Of a stretch of DNA of 64,000 bases, positions 1 to 11,600 are shown one piece after another (the stretch's first letter is position 1; each line of letters starts with the position of its first letter). The position numbers and the translations under genes are program-made. The DNA comes from Podarcis tiliguerta (Eukaryota). The notes below the pieces were generated by a model, which saw only the letters and a program-made list of their open reading frames with translations, was not told the origin of the DNA and did not search any database. The stretch lies in the NCBI GenBank assembly GCA_965153285.1, contig OZ229115.1, one strand, 5' to 3'.

Positions 1-259
1 ATATAATTTATTCAATTTCCCTAACAATTCTAGGGTTCCTATCTGTCAGCCACACTGCAGACAGAAGAAAGATGTCTTGGTAGTCTTGACTACCAGTGAA
101 AGGTTTTGTTGGACTGTGGAATACTCTGCCCAATTCTGATTGGGAATGTCAATCGCTGCCCAGCTTATTCCTGACATCTAAAAAGGACAAAGTGCAAATG
201 GCCCACATCTTGACTAGCTACCCCAGAAGAAGCTTCCAGGCAACTCTCAGGATACTTAC

Positions 260-359
260 CATAGATGTACATGATAGAGACACACATGATGCACGAAATA
301 ACGACAAGTGAAAAGCTTGCTGCATAGTTGTCCATTAACAACAGCCAATAGATGCCAGC
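260..359 (-). CDS. SLC6A9: GlyT1 coding exon ([34 protein letters not shown])
   Basis: AG acceptor at 361-360, GTAAG donor at 259; 100 nt, phase 0 to 1; TM10 region. Confidence 0.96.
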
Positions 360-466
360 CTGGAGAATGGAGGGAAGGAAAGCTGTCAGTATGGGCAAGA
401 CCTATTGCCTTCAGCTCAGTAAGGACTGACTCCCCTACGAATGCCCCCTCTCCCTGTGCCCCATAC

Positions 467-601
467 CTGTGTAGTGAGTGGAACCCCTAGAAGAAAGCCC
501 ACTACAGCCACACCTAGAGTCACAAAGGTTTTCCGACGGATGATCCACTCATTTCCTATTTCATCCACAATGGCTGTGACGAGAGTCTCCAGGAGGCAGA
601 A
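467..601 (-). CDS. SLC6A9: GlyT1 coding exon ([45 protein letters not shown])
   Basis: Translated by hand (not in the ORF track). TAG acceptor at 604-602, GTATGG donor at 466; 135 nt, phase 0/0. Confidence 0.96.
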
Positions 602-949
602 CTAAGGAGAGAATTGACCAAGGAGAAACAGGACGTGAGGAATGTTGAGATGGCTCCAACCTCTCCATCCACCCCCTTTAGCAACAGGGCCTGCTGCCTT
701 CCTCCTCCACCTGAACCAGTTCTAATACACTTTCAGGGTGAGGATCTGGACTGTTTGAGATGTGGCCCACAGCCTGTGATCAAAGATGCTTTCTTTGGGC
801 ACAAATAACATTTTATATAACACCATTCTTATCTGTTCTTATTTTATCTGTAAGCCACAGTGAGTCCCTGTCAGGGTAAAAGCTGTGATATAAAATAATA
901 ATAATAATGGTTTTTTATTTGAAAAATGATGTAACTTTTTTGTCTGCAG

Positions 950-1092
950 TAGGGATAGCCAAAGAGATGCCTTTCAGATGTTGTTAGATTACAATTTTTA
1001 CCATCGTTGACCATTGGCCATGTCAGATGGGGCGGATGGGAAATTTGTAGTCCAAAACATCTGGATGCAACCAGCTTGGCTACCTATCCCTA
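950..1092. mobile_element. Degenerate palindromic hAT-type MITE; further copies near 10418-10527, 19175-19315, 20520-20630, 27585-27660
   Basis: Shared motif ccagatgttttggactacaa-tccca and inverted arms; boundaries approximate. Confidence 0.65.
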
Positions 1093-1359
1093 GTCCCTAA
1101 GCATGTGACTCAGCTCGTCCTTGCTCTACCCAGTCTGGAAAAAAGAGAATTCATTTCTGATGCAGTGCCCTGGGTGATTTCTGTCAAACCCTCCATCACC
1201 CAGTTCTGCAATGCCTCAGACACCAGTGCCCACTCTCACATACCCAACCCTCCAACTAAAGCACTCAAGTGCCCCAATTGCAAGTGTGCCTGTTCTACAT
1301 AAGTGCCTATACCCTCTTTCCCACTCCACAATATCTGATGGGTCGATTTCCATGATTAC

Positions 1360-1597
1360 CTGTGTTCCCAGCCCCAGCAGGATGAGCATGAAGAAGAAGA
1401 GAACAGACCAAAGGGGCGAGATAGGAAGTAGTGTCAGTGCCTCTGGATATGCCACGAAGGCCAAGCCAGGACCATGGTCAGCCACCTTGGAAACATCCAC
1501 ACCTAGATGATTGGCCATGAAGCCAAGGATGGAGAAGATGACGAAACCTGCATAGACACTTGTGGCGCAGTTGGTGATGCTGATGATGATGCTGTCT
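1360..1597 (-). CDS. SLC6A9: GlyT1 coding exon ([18 protein letters not shown]...ILLGLGTQ)
   Basis: Within ORF 1216..1650; CAG acceptor, GTAAT donor; 238 nt, phase 2 to 0; TM7-TM8 with [12 protein letters not shown]. Confidence 0.97.
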
Positions 1598-1993
1598 CTG
1601 TTGGAAGTGGGAGGACATGTCACATTATGAGACACCAGGGAAAGGGTCAAAGAATGAGCCTTGGAGGTGGAGAGAAGGAGAGATTATTTCAGCCATGAAA
1701 AAATCACTGAATGAAGGAGGAAAAGGTCAAGCGAATGGTTTCAATGTATCTCATGTACTTTGCATTCTCTAAAGCTAAAGCACTTCTAACTCTCAACAAT
1801 ATCACCAGAGACCCTCTGTAGAGCCCCAAGTAAGCAGCTCTGATTTTTGGAGGAACAAAAAAGCGTAAGACACAAAATTGAAATTTTAAAAGGAGTAGGG
1901 GAAATCACCTCTTACTTCCCTTAACAAAGTATGGCTGACATATGTATGAGGTAACTAGTCCACCGTGTTTAATTCTGAACACATGCCCTATAT

Positions 1994-2111
1994 TAGGGGT
2001 AGCTAATCTGTGGCCCTTGGAATACATCATCCCTGACCATTGGCCAGGCTGGCTGGGGCTGATGGGAGCTGGTGGTCAACAGCTTCTGAGGGCCACAGGT
2101 TAGCCACCTTG
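1994..2111. mobile_element. Degenerate palindromic hAT-type MITE
   Basis: Related core (catcatccctgaccattggcc...gatgggag); TSD CCCTATAT/TCCTATAT. Confidence 0.7.
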
Positions 2112-2350
2112 TCCTATATGTTTTGTTAAGGCTCTGGTGAAGAAATCAAGCCCCTAGACTTCATGGTTTCATGGAACAACCTGAAAATGGGCAGCATCTA
2201 AAATTGAGCACCTCAAAATGGAAGGGGTAGTAGCCATAGATCCACTGTGGTTCCTGCACCTCCCTATAGACCCCTTCCAGAGACAAGGACTATGCCACGC
2301 CAACAAATAGTTTCAGCATCCTTTCTGGATTGCTTATAGAATGAATCTTA

Positions 2351-2455
<105 letters not shown>

Positions 2456-2626
2456 CTACCAAAGACAAGAAAAAGGCATTACCAGCACAGCTCCTTGCTT
2501 AGTTTACACAAGCCCCCCAACTCCTATGGTAAGGAGGGGAGGGGAAGAGGTGGTGTGATCATGAAATCCCAGAGATCATGTCCCGGGGGCAACAGCTCAA
2601 GCCTATCAGGCATTCCACACAAGTAC

Positions 2627-2761
2627 CTTTGCATCAAGAATTTTGTCCCACTGCGGTGTCAGATAGTACATGATCCCGGTAACGGCTCCTTCAAGGGTTA
2701 TCCCCCGCACAAATAAGATTGTCAGCACCACGTACGGGAAGGTTGCCGTGAAATACACAAC
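2627..2761 (-). CDS. SLC6A9: GlyT1 coding exon ([17 protein letters not shown]...WDKILDAK)
   Basis: Within ORF 2606..2794; CAG acceptor, GTACT donor; 135 nt, phase 0/0. Confidence 0.96.
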
Positions 2762-2789
2762 CTGGGAGTCAAAAGGAAAGTTGGACGAG

Positions 2790-2935
2790 AACATTAGAAG
2801 AGTCAGCTGGATCAGGCCAATGGCATCCTGTCCAGTGTTCTGTTGTCACTGTGGCCACTCAGATGCTTGTGGGAAACCTTCAAGCAGGCCTGAGCACAAG
2901 AGCACTCTATCTGCCTATGGTTTCCAGCAACTGGA
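2790..2935 (-). mobile_element. CR1-like LINE 3' end fragment; a related fragment at ~7318-7527/8212-8355 is split by the hAT element
   Basis: aacattagaagag..gctggatcaggcc...gtggcca motif recurs at 7318-7410. Confidence 0.55.
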
Positions 2936-3078
2936 CAAAGATGTCCTCTTCCCCTGAAAACTTAGTTTCATCACTGTGTCAGTCGCAACAGGCTTGCAAC
3001 TTAACTTTTATTCCCCGTCCTGCTCTTAAGGAAAACTTGCCACTGTTGCTACTGCTATTGTTGAATGTTTCTTTAGTA

Positions 3079-3211
3079 CGTTTCTCAAACTTGCATCTCC
3101 AGCTGTTGTTGGACTACAGTTCCCATCATCTCAGACCACTGGTCCTGCTAGCTAGGGATGGTGGGAGTTGTAGGCCAACAGCAGCTGGAGACCCAAGTCT
3201 GAGGAACACTG
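3079..3211. mobile_element. Palindromic hAT-type MITE (same superfamily as 34166)
   Basis: Inverted arms around gaccactggtcctgctagc; 8-bp TSD CTTTAGTA at 3071-3078 and 3212-3219. Confidence 0.8.
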
Positions 3212-3499
3212 CTTTAGTACCAACAGTCTGTTAGGCAGTATGATTTTTCTGCCTATATCATGAATCCGTGTCTTCTGCTTAGTCAATGTCTAAGCACTGG
3301 GCACACAGCTCAGCCTCTTCCTAAGGATCTAGAAGGGCAGTTCTGAAGTAAACGTTTCTCACAAGCAACTCGTTAGGCCTGGATAAGAGAGGAGGGGTAG
3401 TCTGTTCACAGGCATTGGGTAGGCCATGTTGGAGGCCCAGAGAGGTCATTGTGCTTTGGGTTTCCATGGAGAAGTTAGAAGAGAAGGAACACTACTTGC

Positions 3500-3632
3500 T
3501 TTTCCTGAGGACTTGACACCCTTGATGAGGCAGAGGAAGACGACGACCCAAGAGACACCCAGACAACCCAGAAGAGGGAGCCGTACTTCGCCCAGGTTCC
3601 CAATGTCATCCGACAGCTTCAGCACATACCGC
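3500..3632 (-). CDS. SLC6A9: GlyT1 coding exon ([44 protein letters not shown])
   Basis: Translated by hand; CAG acceptor at 3635-3633; 133 nt. The only nearby frame-preserving donor is the non-canonical GCAAGT. Confidence 0.93.
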
Positions 3633-4631
3633 CTGGGGTAGAAGACAGCAGCACAAACCAGAGTTCATATGTGCTCCAGAAAACACACCCCAACCAATCT
3701 ACACCTGCCGAACCTGCCCCCACCCAAAGGTCCAACCCCAGACATTAGGGCCGCTGACATTGCCAGGAGTGACAGCCTATTATGTTAAATGCTGGCGTAA
3801 TGGCCTTATGACATTAGCTGCTTTGATCAAACAGTTGAAAATGGGAGATAGGAACCTGTGCATAAGTAAGCAAGCCAGCGAGTGAATGCACACAATTTAG
3901 CACTAGCCTCAAGGTTTTGGTTATTTCTAAACCACTTGCATCATGAGACTTACAAAAAGAAAAAAAATATCACAAGCATCTCTCAGATTCCTATGGGAAC
4001 AGTCCATTTATAACCCTCCTCACAATATAAGAAACATTTCAGGGCCCGACTGCAGCTGAGGTCAATCAGAAGATGAATATAAAAATAATCCTCAACATAT
4101 ATTCTGTTCCAATCTTGTAATTTAAGAGGCAAAATACACAGGATGGTTTTGAACTTTTAAAGTGAAAATGCTGCAGGGTCATAGTCACACCTACTATCTC
4201 CATCCCTTGGCTCAGCAATAAAGAGCCTGCCTTCTAATTATCCAGATGTGCTTGCCTCTGGCTGCAAATCCTTAGACACTCTCCCATCATTTATGACAAG
4301 AGGTTTCCCCACATTCATTCTGATGACCCATGAAACTTTCAGGACAGCTGCATTCAAAACTTCTGTGCTCGGTCCCTATTGGGGCAACATCTCTCCAATA
4401 TGCAGCCTCCTTTAGAGACACCCAGTGATCCCAGGTCTGGAGGGTTTTGGTAACATCCTTAACAACTTAGGGAAGGTAAAAATAAGGTCATGATCTCCAT
4501 CTGGCATATTTGAACTAAGATGTGTCCATGGTGGTCAGCTTGTCCTCTTGTGAGGCAGGCCCTCAGTTCCCGACTGACAAGCTGGTTCCCTCTTCATCCC
4601 ACACCCATTTGCCCCTCTCCATCATCATCAC

Positions 4632-4887
4632 CTCCAGTATTCCTCACTGGGGCTTGTGCGCTTAGCCGTCTGGTTAAAGAGTTGTGTGAAGTTGAGCGAT
4701 GACCCAGCTGAGCCATTGGTAACGTCCAACACACCAGCGCAATCAGGTGTGTTCCAGTAGTTGCCGCAGTACGTCCAGGGTAGCACCCGTGTCATTGATG
4801 AGAAGAAATAATAGAAGGCGATGCAGATCACAACGTTGTAGTAGATTCCAATGTAGCTGGACACAACCATCATACCATACCCAACAC
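4632..4887 (-). CDS. SLC6A9: GlyT1 coding exon, TM3 and extracellular loop 2 ([17 protein letters not shown]...SPSEEYWR)
   Basis: Within ORF 4628..4915; CAG acceptor, GTGAT donor; 256 nt; EL2 cysteine pair and N-glycosylation sequons. Confidence 0.97.
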
Positions 4888-5572
4888 CTGGAGGGAAAGC
4901 AAAGCGTGAGCACAAGTTGCAAGGGGGAGAGCTCTAAGGCATCTAGGAATGGGAGTTTGCAGCCAAATAAAGTATATGGCCTGTGCAAGTATGGACACAC
5001 ATACACCGAGGCTGTGGATATAAGGCACAGGCAGACAAACTGCAGCACAATTTGGGCCTGGTTATGCAATTTGTTGATTTATTATTTAACGTACCAAGAT
5101 CTCAGCTTTCTGCCTAGTCAGCACTCAGGCCTGCATGCCTGCCCACCCATTTCACACATTATGCTGTTGCCTGCCCTCCCTGGTTCACTAACAGCAAAGG
5201 CACAACTGCAACAAGGCACGTGGGATGCAGGTGGAGGGAGCACACTGGCTGCACAGGTGCTGAATCACACCCTGCATGGTCTCCTGCGCTTACAACAGGT
5301 GAGACTAAGCATGATGAAAAGGAAGTGATATTACATGTGCAGTATTACATGTTCTGAATTTTGCTTTTGAACTAATCCTGCCCAGAGATGCCAAAGGTCC
5401 ACTGCCTCAAAATACTGATTATCTGTCTTAAATTGATTTTGCTCCTAGCAACTCCAGTTGAAATGCAAATACTGTACGGATTTGGTTGCCAGTTGTCCTT
5501 CAATCAGGCCTTTTACCAACAAAGTAAAGTTGTTGTGCAGGAGCCTGCATTTCATGTGTGCACAAGTCTCTA

Positions 5573-5839
<267 letters not shown>

Positions 5840-5929
5840 TCAGGAATAGAGTCCATGCTTTGTAGGCAGAAAGGTCCATCTCCAGCATCCCAAGATGAAA
5901 AAGCTCAAGATGGGATGTCATATTCATTT

Positions 5930-6105
5930 GTTGTACTTACATCCCACTTTTCCCTCGTTTAACGCCCCCCTCCCCCGGTGAGGTAGGTTAGGCTCAGAGG
6001 CAGTGACTGGCCTAAGGTCACTCAGGGAGCTTCATGGTCAAGTGGTGATTTGAGCCCTGGTTTCCCCATGTCCTAGTCTGAGGCTCTGAACCACTACATC
6101 ACACC
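5930..6105 (-). mobile_element. tRNA-derived (MIR/L2-related) SINE
   Basis: gaggtaggttaggct...gcagtgactggcc...aaccactac; second copy at ~61600-61818. Confidence 0.7.
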
Positions 6106-6628
6106 GCGGAAAGACCTCTTCTACCTGGCACACTGGGCTAGATGGACAAATAGTCTGACTTAGTACAAGGCAAATTCCTGTGCTTCAAGCCAGTGGAAAA
6201 GGAGCTTCAAAACCCTTAAGAAATGCAGAGATTTCCCCCCAAGTGTCATATTCTGGGTGGGGAGAAAGCTGCCCAGAGTGTGGCACAGAATCCCAGTCCT
6301 CTCCTGCAGGAGGAGCCCTATACTCACCAGATAGTTGTGTATGAAGCTCCTAGGATACACCTTCATCTGTGGGGACAAAGTTGCATCCCGGAACTAGCAG
6401 GACACAGCACTGCAATTCCCACCACACACAAACACACACACCAGTGCTATGCCAGAGCACTGGGTTTAGTGCCGGCTGGGGGCAGGGAATCAGTCCTACC
6501 CTGCTATTTGCAACGCTGCACACGCTCTAGCCCCAGACAGTGTCAGGGCCAGGACTGTCAGCAAATGCAATGCAGAGCGGGTCCTATCTCTCTTGTGCTG
6601 CATGCACCCTTCGCCGACCAATACTCAC

Positions 6629-6785
6629 CTCCTCCATTGCGATAGCAGAGGTAAGGGAAGCGCCATACATTGCCAAGCCCAACAGCGTAGCCAACGCTCG
6701 TGAGAACAAACTCGATCTGGTTGCCCCAGTTGCCACGCTTGAGGTTCTCGTCTCGCTTAGGCGTCTCGCCAGGCACAGCACCATT
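6629..6785 (-). CDS. SLC6A9: First common GlyT1 coding exon ([26 protein letters not shown]...YRNGG)
   Basis: Acceptor tcctcttctggcag|AAT, GTGAGT donor; 157 nt. It starts with NGAVP, where the alternative mammalian GlyT1 N-termini join in phase 0. Confidence 0.97.
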
Positions 6786-6961
6786 CTGCCAGAAGAGGAC
6801 AGTCAGTTATTGCAGGTAGGGGAATGGCAAGAGGGTGGGCAGAGGTAAGTTATCCTGTTCCTTCCTTCTGGATCTCCCCTATTGTCGGTCCTGTAAGGTC
6901 TTCCCACAAAAAGAGGGGCTTTAGAAAGGGCAACAGGCAGATAACAAAACAAGTCATATGG

Positions 6962-6997
6962 ACACACACGGACACACACACACACACACACACACAC
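6962..6997. repeat. (CA)n microsatellite; others near 26175-26194, 35418-35437, 47697-47717
   Basis: Direct reading. Confidence 0.95.
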
Positions 6998-7527
6998 CCT
7001 TCTGCAACTTTGGATGCTTGCGCTGCTGGTGGTTTAAAGTCACTCCCCTTCCCCAGCTGGAGGCAAAGCAGGCAGGGGGCGGAGAGTTTGATTATGCTAA
7101 GGGGGCTGCTACCCCCTGCCTGCCCAGATGAATAATCCTGGGTCAGGCTGTAGGGAAGCTGGCAGCTGCAGCCCATACAAAGCAGGCATAAGAGGAGTCA
7201 GCACAAAGGAGCCTCTGTGCCTGTTCCCTCTGCCTGCCTACTGATGGAGCACAAGAGGCCACAGGAAAGGCAAGCAGATCCCTTTACACACTGGCAGGGA
7301 AGCTAAGCCCATCAGGGCATCAGAAAAGCCCTGCTGGACCACACCAAGCCCCACCTAACCCAGCATACTGCTTCCATCAGTGGCCAGCACAATTGCTTTG
7401 GGAAGCCCACAAGCTTTGTGAAGATACCTGTTGTTTTGTCCCTGGCACCTGATATTTACAGATTTATTGGAATGATTTATGTTATTACTTCATGAATGAA
7501 CTCTCCATGTGGAGGTTTCATTTAAGC

Positions 7528-8211
7528 CAGAGGTTTTCAACCTTCTTGAGTCCATGGCTCCCTTGACCAACTACGTTCTTTCTTCGGCACCGCTGTGGGG
7601 CTCAGGAGCCCAGTTATGTCACCCCTTGCTTGCAGAGCTGGCAGCCTCGCACCCTTTTTCGAACACCCCCCTTTGTGGAGTGTTCCCTCAGCCTCCTCTC
7701 TGCTGCCCTCTCCTTGGGAGTCCTCCAGGCAGCACCTTACACTGGGAGGCAGCAGTGGCAGCAGCGGGAGCCACCGGGCCTACATGGCAGATAGGCTCCC
7801 TTTCAGCACAGGGCACTCGGCTCCCAGGCAAACCTTGGAAACAGCAAGGACAAGAAAGGCCAGCGCAGCACCTGCCTGCTTGCTGGGCCTCCCAATTATC
7901 TGCCATTCCCAACAGCAAGGGCTGGCGGACTGGCTGGCTGGGCTCCCTCATCCACTTGCTTGCTTACTCCGAGGCTGCCTCAGCTCCTGGCAACCGACAC
8001 CTCCTGGCCAGCCCCACAGGCACCAGTTGCCTGGGGAGCTTGTAGCCAGGGCTTCAACAAACAGCTATGCAAGCCTTTGGGAGGTAGATGTGAGAGGGCA
8101 TCAGAGGAGGGAGGGAAGGAAAGAGAGACAGAGCCCAGTGTTGCCTGCGGCACCCCTGACCATCATTCAAGGCACCCCTGGGTGCAACAGCACACTGGTT
8201 AGAAACCACTG
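7528..8211. mobile_element. Non-autonomous hAT element, 684 bp
   Basis: TIRs CAGAGGTTTTCAACC / GGTTAGAAACCACTG; perfect 8-bp TSD ATTTAAGC (7520-7527, 8212-8219); GC-rich interior. Confidence 0.88.
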
Positions 8212-8366
8212 ATTTAAGCCACTGTGACCAACTGCTGTTGAGACTTCGCATCTTGAAATTATTTATAGCCCTTGACAAAGCCCTATAAGCCATTGACCAT
8301 TACTGTATCCTATGACAGGGAATCCCCAATGTTAACTATGTTTTGTGTGAAGAAGGAACAGAAATA

Positions 8367-8608
8367 CAGTGGTACCCCTGGTTAAGAACTTAATTCGTTC
8401 TGGAGGTCTGTTCTTAACCTGAAACCGTTCTTAACCTGAGGTACCACTTTAGCTAATGGGGCCTCCTGCTACCACCATGCGGCCGCTGTGCAATTTCTGT
8501 TCTCATCCTGAAGCAAAGTTCTTAACCCGAGGTACTATTTCTGGGTTAGCAAAGTCTGTAACCTGAAGCTTCTGTAGCCTGAAGCATCTGTAACCCGAGG
8601 TACCACTG
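8367..8608. mobile_element. Tc1/mariner-type MITE, 242 bp (copy 1)
   Basis: TIR CAGTGGTACC...GGTACCACTG, TA on both sides, internal TAACCTGAAG repeats. Confidence 0.9.
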
Positions 8609-11600
8609 TATACTCATGCTTGTTCCTGGCAATGTGAGGAGGAAAACTGGATCCTCTCTTTGGCTCTTGGTAGCTAATTCAGAATATGCCCATTGAGCGT
8701 ACAGTCTATGGATGTTTACATGGCATCACTAAATGACCTTTTTATAGATGTTAACTCCCTTTTGTACTCACAATAAAAGTGGGGAAATGAGAGCTGTTCT
8801 ATTAAGAACATATAATGGTACACGGACTACAGGCAACTCCCCTTTTGCATGGGGATTGTGTTCCGGGTCATTGCGCATGTCAGCAGTCACATGTAAGCCC
8901 GTTCCACCCCCGCCCCCATCTGGGGCCAAAAACAACATGTGCACCAGCAAATTTGGGTTGCACAGTTATAACTTGCGTGGCAAGCCAGCTTCTTCCCTGT
9001 AAGACTGGAAACTGGTGGGGAGAATGCACTAGAGAGTGAAGGGCGGGTAAAGAAACACTTGCAATGTCATCTAATCTCCCCAAAAACAATTCCGAACCAA
9101 TGGTCATTAAATAGCCAATGTTATCTCTCTGCAAACAAATCAGGGCGAATGCTTAGTAAACAGGTCATCTGGAAGGAAGTGCCCACGGTGTGTCTATCTG
9201 TGACAGCTCAGGAAGGCTGGTTATTGGCTGTAGTAAAAGGACATCACCAGGAGAGGGAGCCTCAGTCCTCCTTAATCATACAGAGTCCTTTAAGGTTTGT
9301 CAGAGAAAATTAATGGTACCAAACAATCTTGGCCCGTCACCCTAGAGTTCCCCTCCCGAATGTGTCCAATGCTAGCCCAAGCCTTAGACATGCCCCCAAT
9401 TTCTCTATCCCCTAAGGGGCAGGGGGAGGAACAGAGGCTACTTGCCGCAGCGTTGACAGAGCCAAGGTCTGAGCTACCTTTAGAACAGTACGACTTCCAA
9501 GTGGCTGGAAGCACTCAGCCCCACACAGAAGAAGCCCAAGCACCACACAGGACAGGATGCTGTCATCAAGCGTAGCCGCTTTCCGCAGGACAAAAATGGA
9601 GCTTTTGTGCATCTAGCTCCATCCTGGCACCACCAGTTCCCTGTACTGCCCAAGGATAACAATGGCAGCCTTCAGATCAAAGGAACGGGAGATGTGCTGT
9701 GTCAACAACAAAGCCTGGCTTCTCTTCCCTTAGAGCGGATGGGGCACATCTGACCGTGCTCTGCAGCAATATTTCTCTGGCGGCTACTGCCTGTACCTTG
9801 CCCCCTCCTCCTACTGAGAGATGGGACATCACCTGAAGATGCTTCTGGATTCAGTTCTCCTGCATGAGACTTAAGTGATCGTTAGCTCGCTTGCCTACGT
9901 ACTTCAGGGGTAAATCAAAATTTGAAGTAAGTTGGGTCAGCAATTTGCAAAGACTCTCCTCTGTCAACTGCCACTTGTAAAATTATTAACATCTTGTTAA
10001 GAAAATTTCAGTTACAGAGAAAATAAAGTGATAAAAGAGAAGGGAGAGAGAGAAGTACAAATCAAAAAGCAAAAAATTAAAACATAAGAAAAGACATAGG
10101 ATGCACTAAATATAATCAGCTACACTACCATACATTATTATATAGATTTATCAGTACTATTATTGTCCAAATACATATATGGTTATTAATAATCTACCAT
10201 ATTCTGTATAATCTCATTCCAAATGCCAATATATTTCACCTATTATTCATAAGCAACTAAATAAACCATGACAGAGCTGTTCCAGTTGAAGGAGTGATCT
10301 GTCAATAAGCGAAGATTGGGAGCAAGGCGATGCAGCTGGCGCATCCTAGAATCCCTTGGTTATACGGATGGATGATCAGCCCTGTGCTAGCAGCTTTTGC
10401 ATCTTGACTGGTTAAATCAGGGGCAGGGAAACTTGTGGCCCTCCAGACACTGCAGGGCCGCAATTCCCACCATCCTCAACCAGGGACGCTGGGGTTTGTA
10501 GTTCAGCCACAAGTTTCCCCAACCCTGGGTTTAAACCTCCCCAACCCAATGCTGCTGCTTCTCATGAGGGTCTAAAGCATTTCCTTTTATCTTCTGAGAA
10601 ACTCACATTGGCTCCTGTGGTTTGCACCTCACACCTAGCCAATGATCCCTCCAGTTGCTGGTGTGTTAGGAAGAGGGTGCTGCACTTGAGTGCTTATGAG
10701 ATAGGTCAGCTTTACTACAGGAAGAGAGAAAAGAGGGTATCGTAAAGAAAAAGTGGGTGTCTTAGGAAAGGAGCATTTGGCCTCTGTGGGCCCTCCTGTT
10801 CATGGCTGGGGATCCAACAGCAGCCTGCCCCCGCCCCATGTTCCAGGATGCTTTGCTGGGGAGGATGTTGCTCCCTGAGCCCCACTACTTCTCGGGAGCT
10901 CGGAGATGAACAGGCTGCCAGCAGGAGCATTTCGCAGGAGCCTCGATGCACCTCCTTTGCTCTCCCCCTGGTGCACGCAGCACACTCCACGTAGGCGCAC
11001 GTGGCTGCCCGCTGATCGCAAACAATTGCTGTGAGCACTCAGCAAATGGAAGCCGTCGTTTCAGCTTTGCCTCCTGCCACTGGGATGGGAGGGGGCTGGC
11101 AGCCGGCGAGTTGTGCACCTAACCGTGTCATTCAATTAGAGCCAGCAGCCGCTCTGGCACAGAGCTGCCAAGGAGCCATCTGCTGCGCTAACTGGGGGGA
11201 CTGGCAGGGTACGGGAGAGCCACGCCTGCTAGAAGTGACCTCTGCTGTGAGCCCTGGCCATGGAAGCCGGAGTGGGGATTGTGGCATCATGGGGACTCGG
11301 CGGCAACCTAAAGGATCACCTCCAAGGATCTCCATGTTCTGCAAGGGACAGGGAGACCCTGCACACAACCCTCCAAAGAAAAGACCGCACACGCAATACT
11401 TTTATAGCACGCACACCCCAAAAGAATCCTGGGAGCTGTAGTTGGTTAAGGGTACTGTGAAGTGTAGCTCTATGAGGGGCAAACTACACTTCCCATTATC
11501 CTTAGGGGGGTGTTTTGCAAGTATGGTACAAGCCAAAGGTATACATTTGCCAGTGGCAAGCAGGGAGTAATACCACATCCTAATATCCTTATCCCAATCT

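Noticed and set aside
4320-4345. CTGATGA-CCCAT-GAAAC hammerhead-like core
   Set aside because: No stem II pairing and no stem III or NUH cleavage site that I can build; likely chance.
7509-8212. 178-aa and 205-aa ORFs as a possible transposase
   Set aside because: They coincide with a GC-rich non-autonomous hAT element; too short and no transposase motifs.
8395-8600. Short repeated units (TAACCTGAAG) resembling a CRISPR-like array
   Set aside because: They are subterminal repeats of a mariner MITE in vertebrate DNA; no regular repeat-spacer structure.
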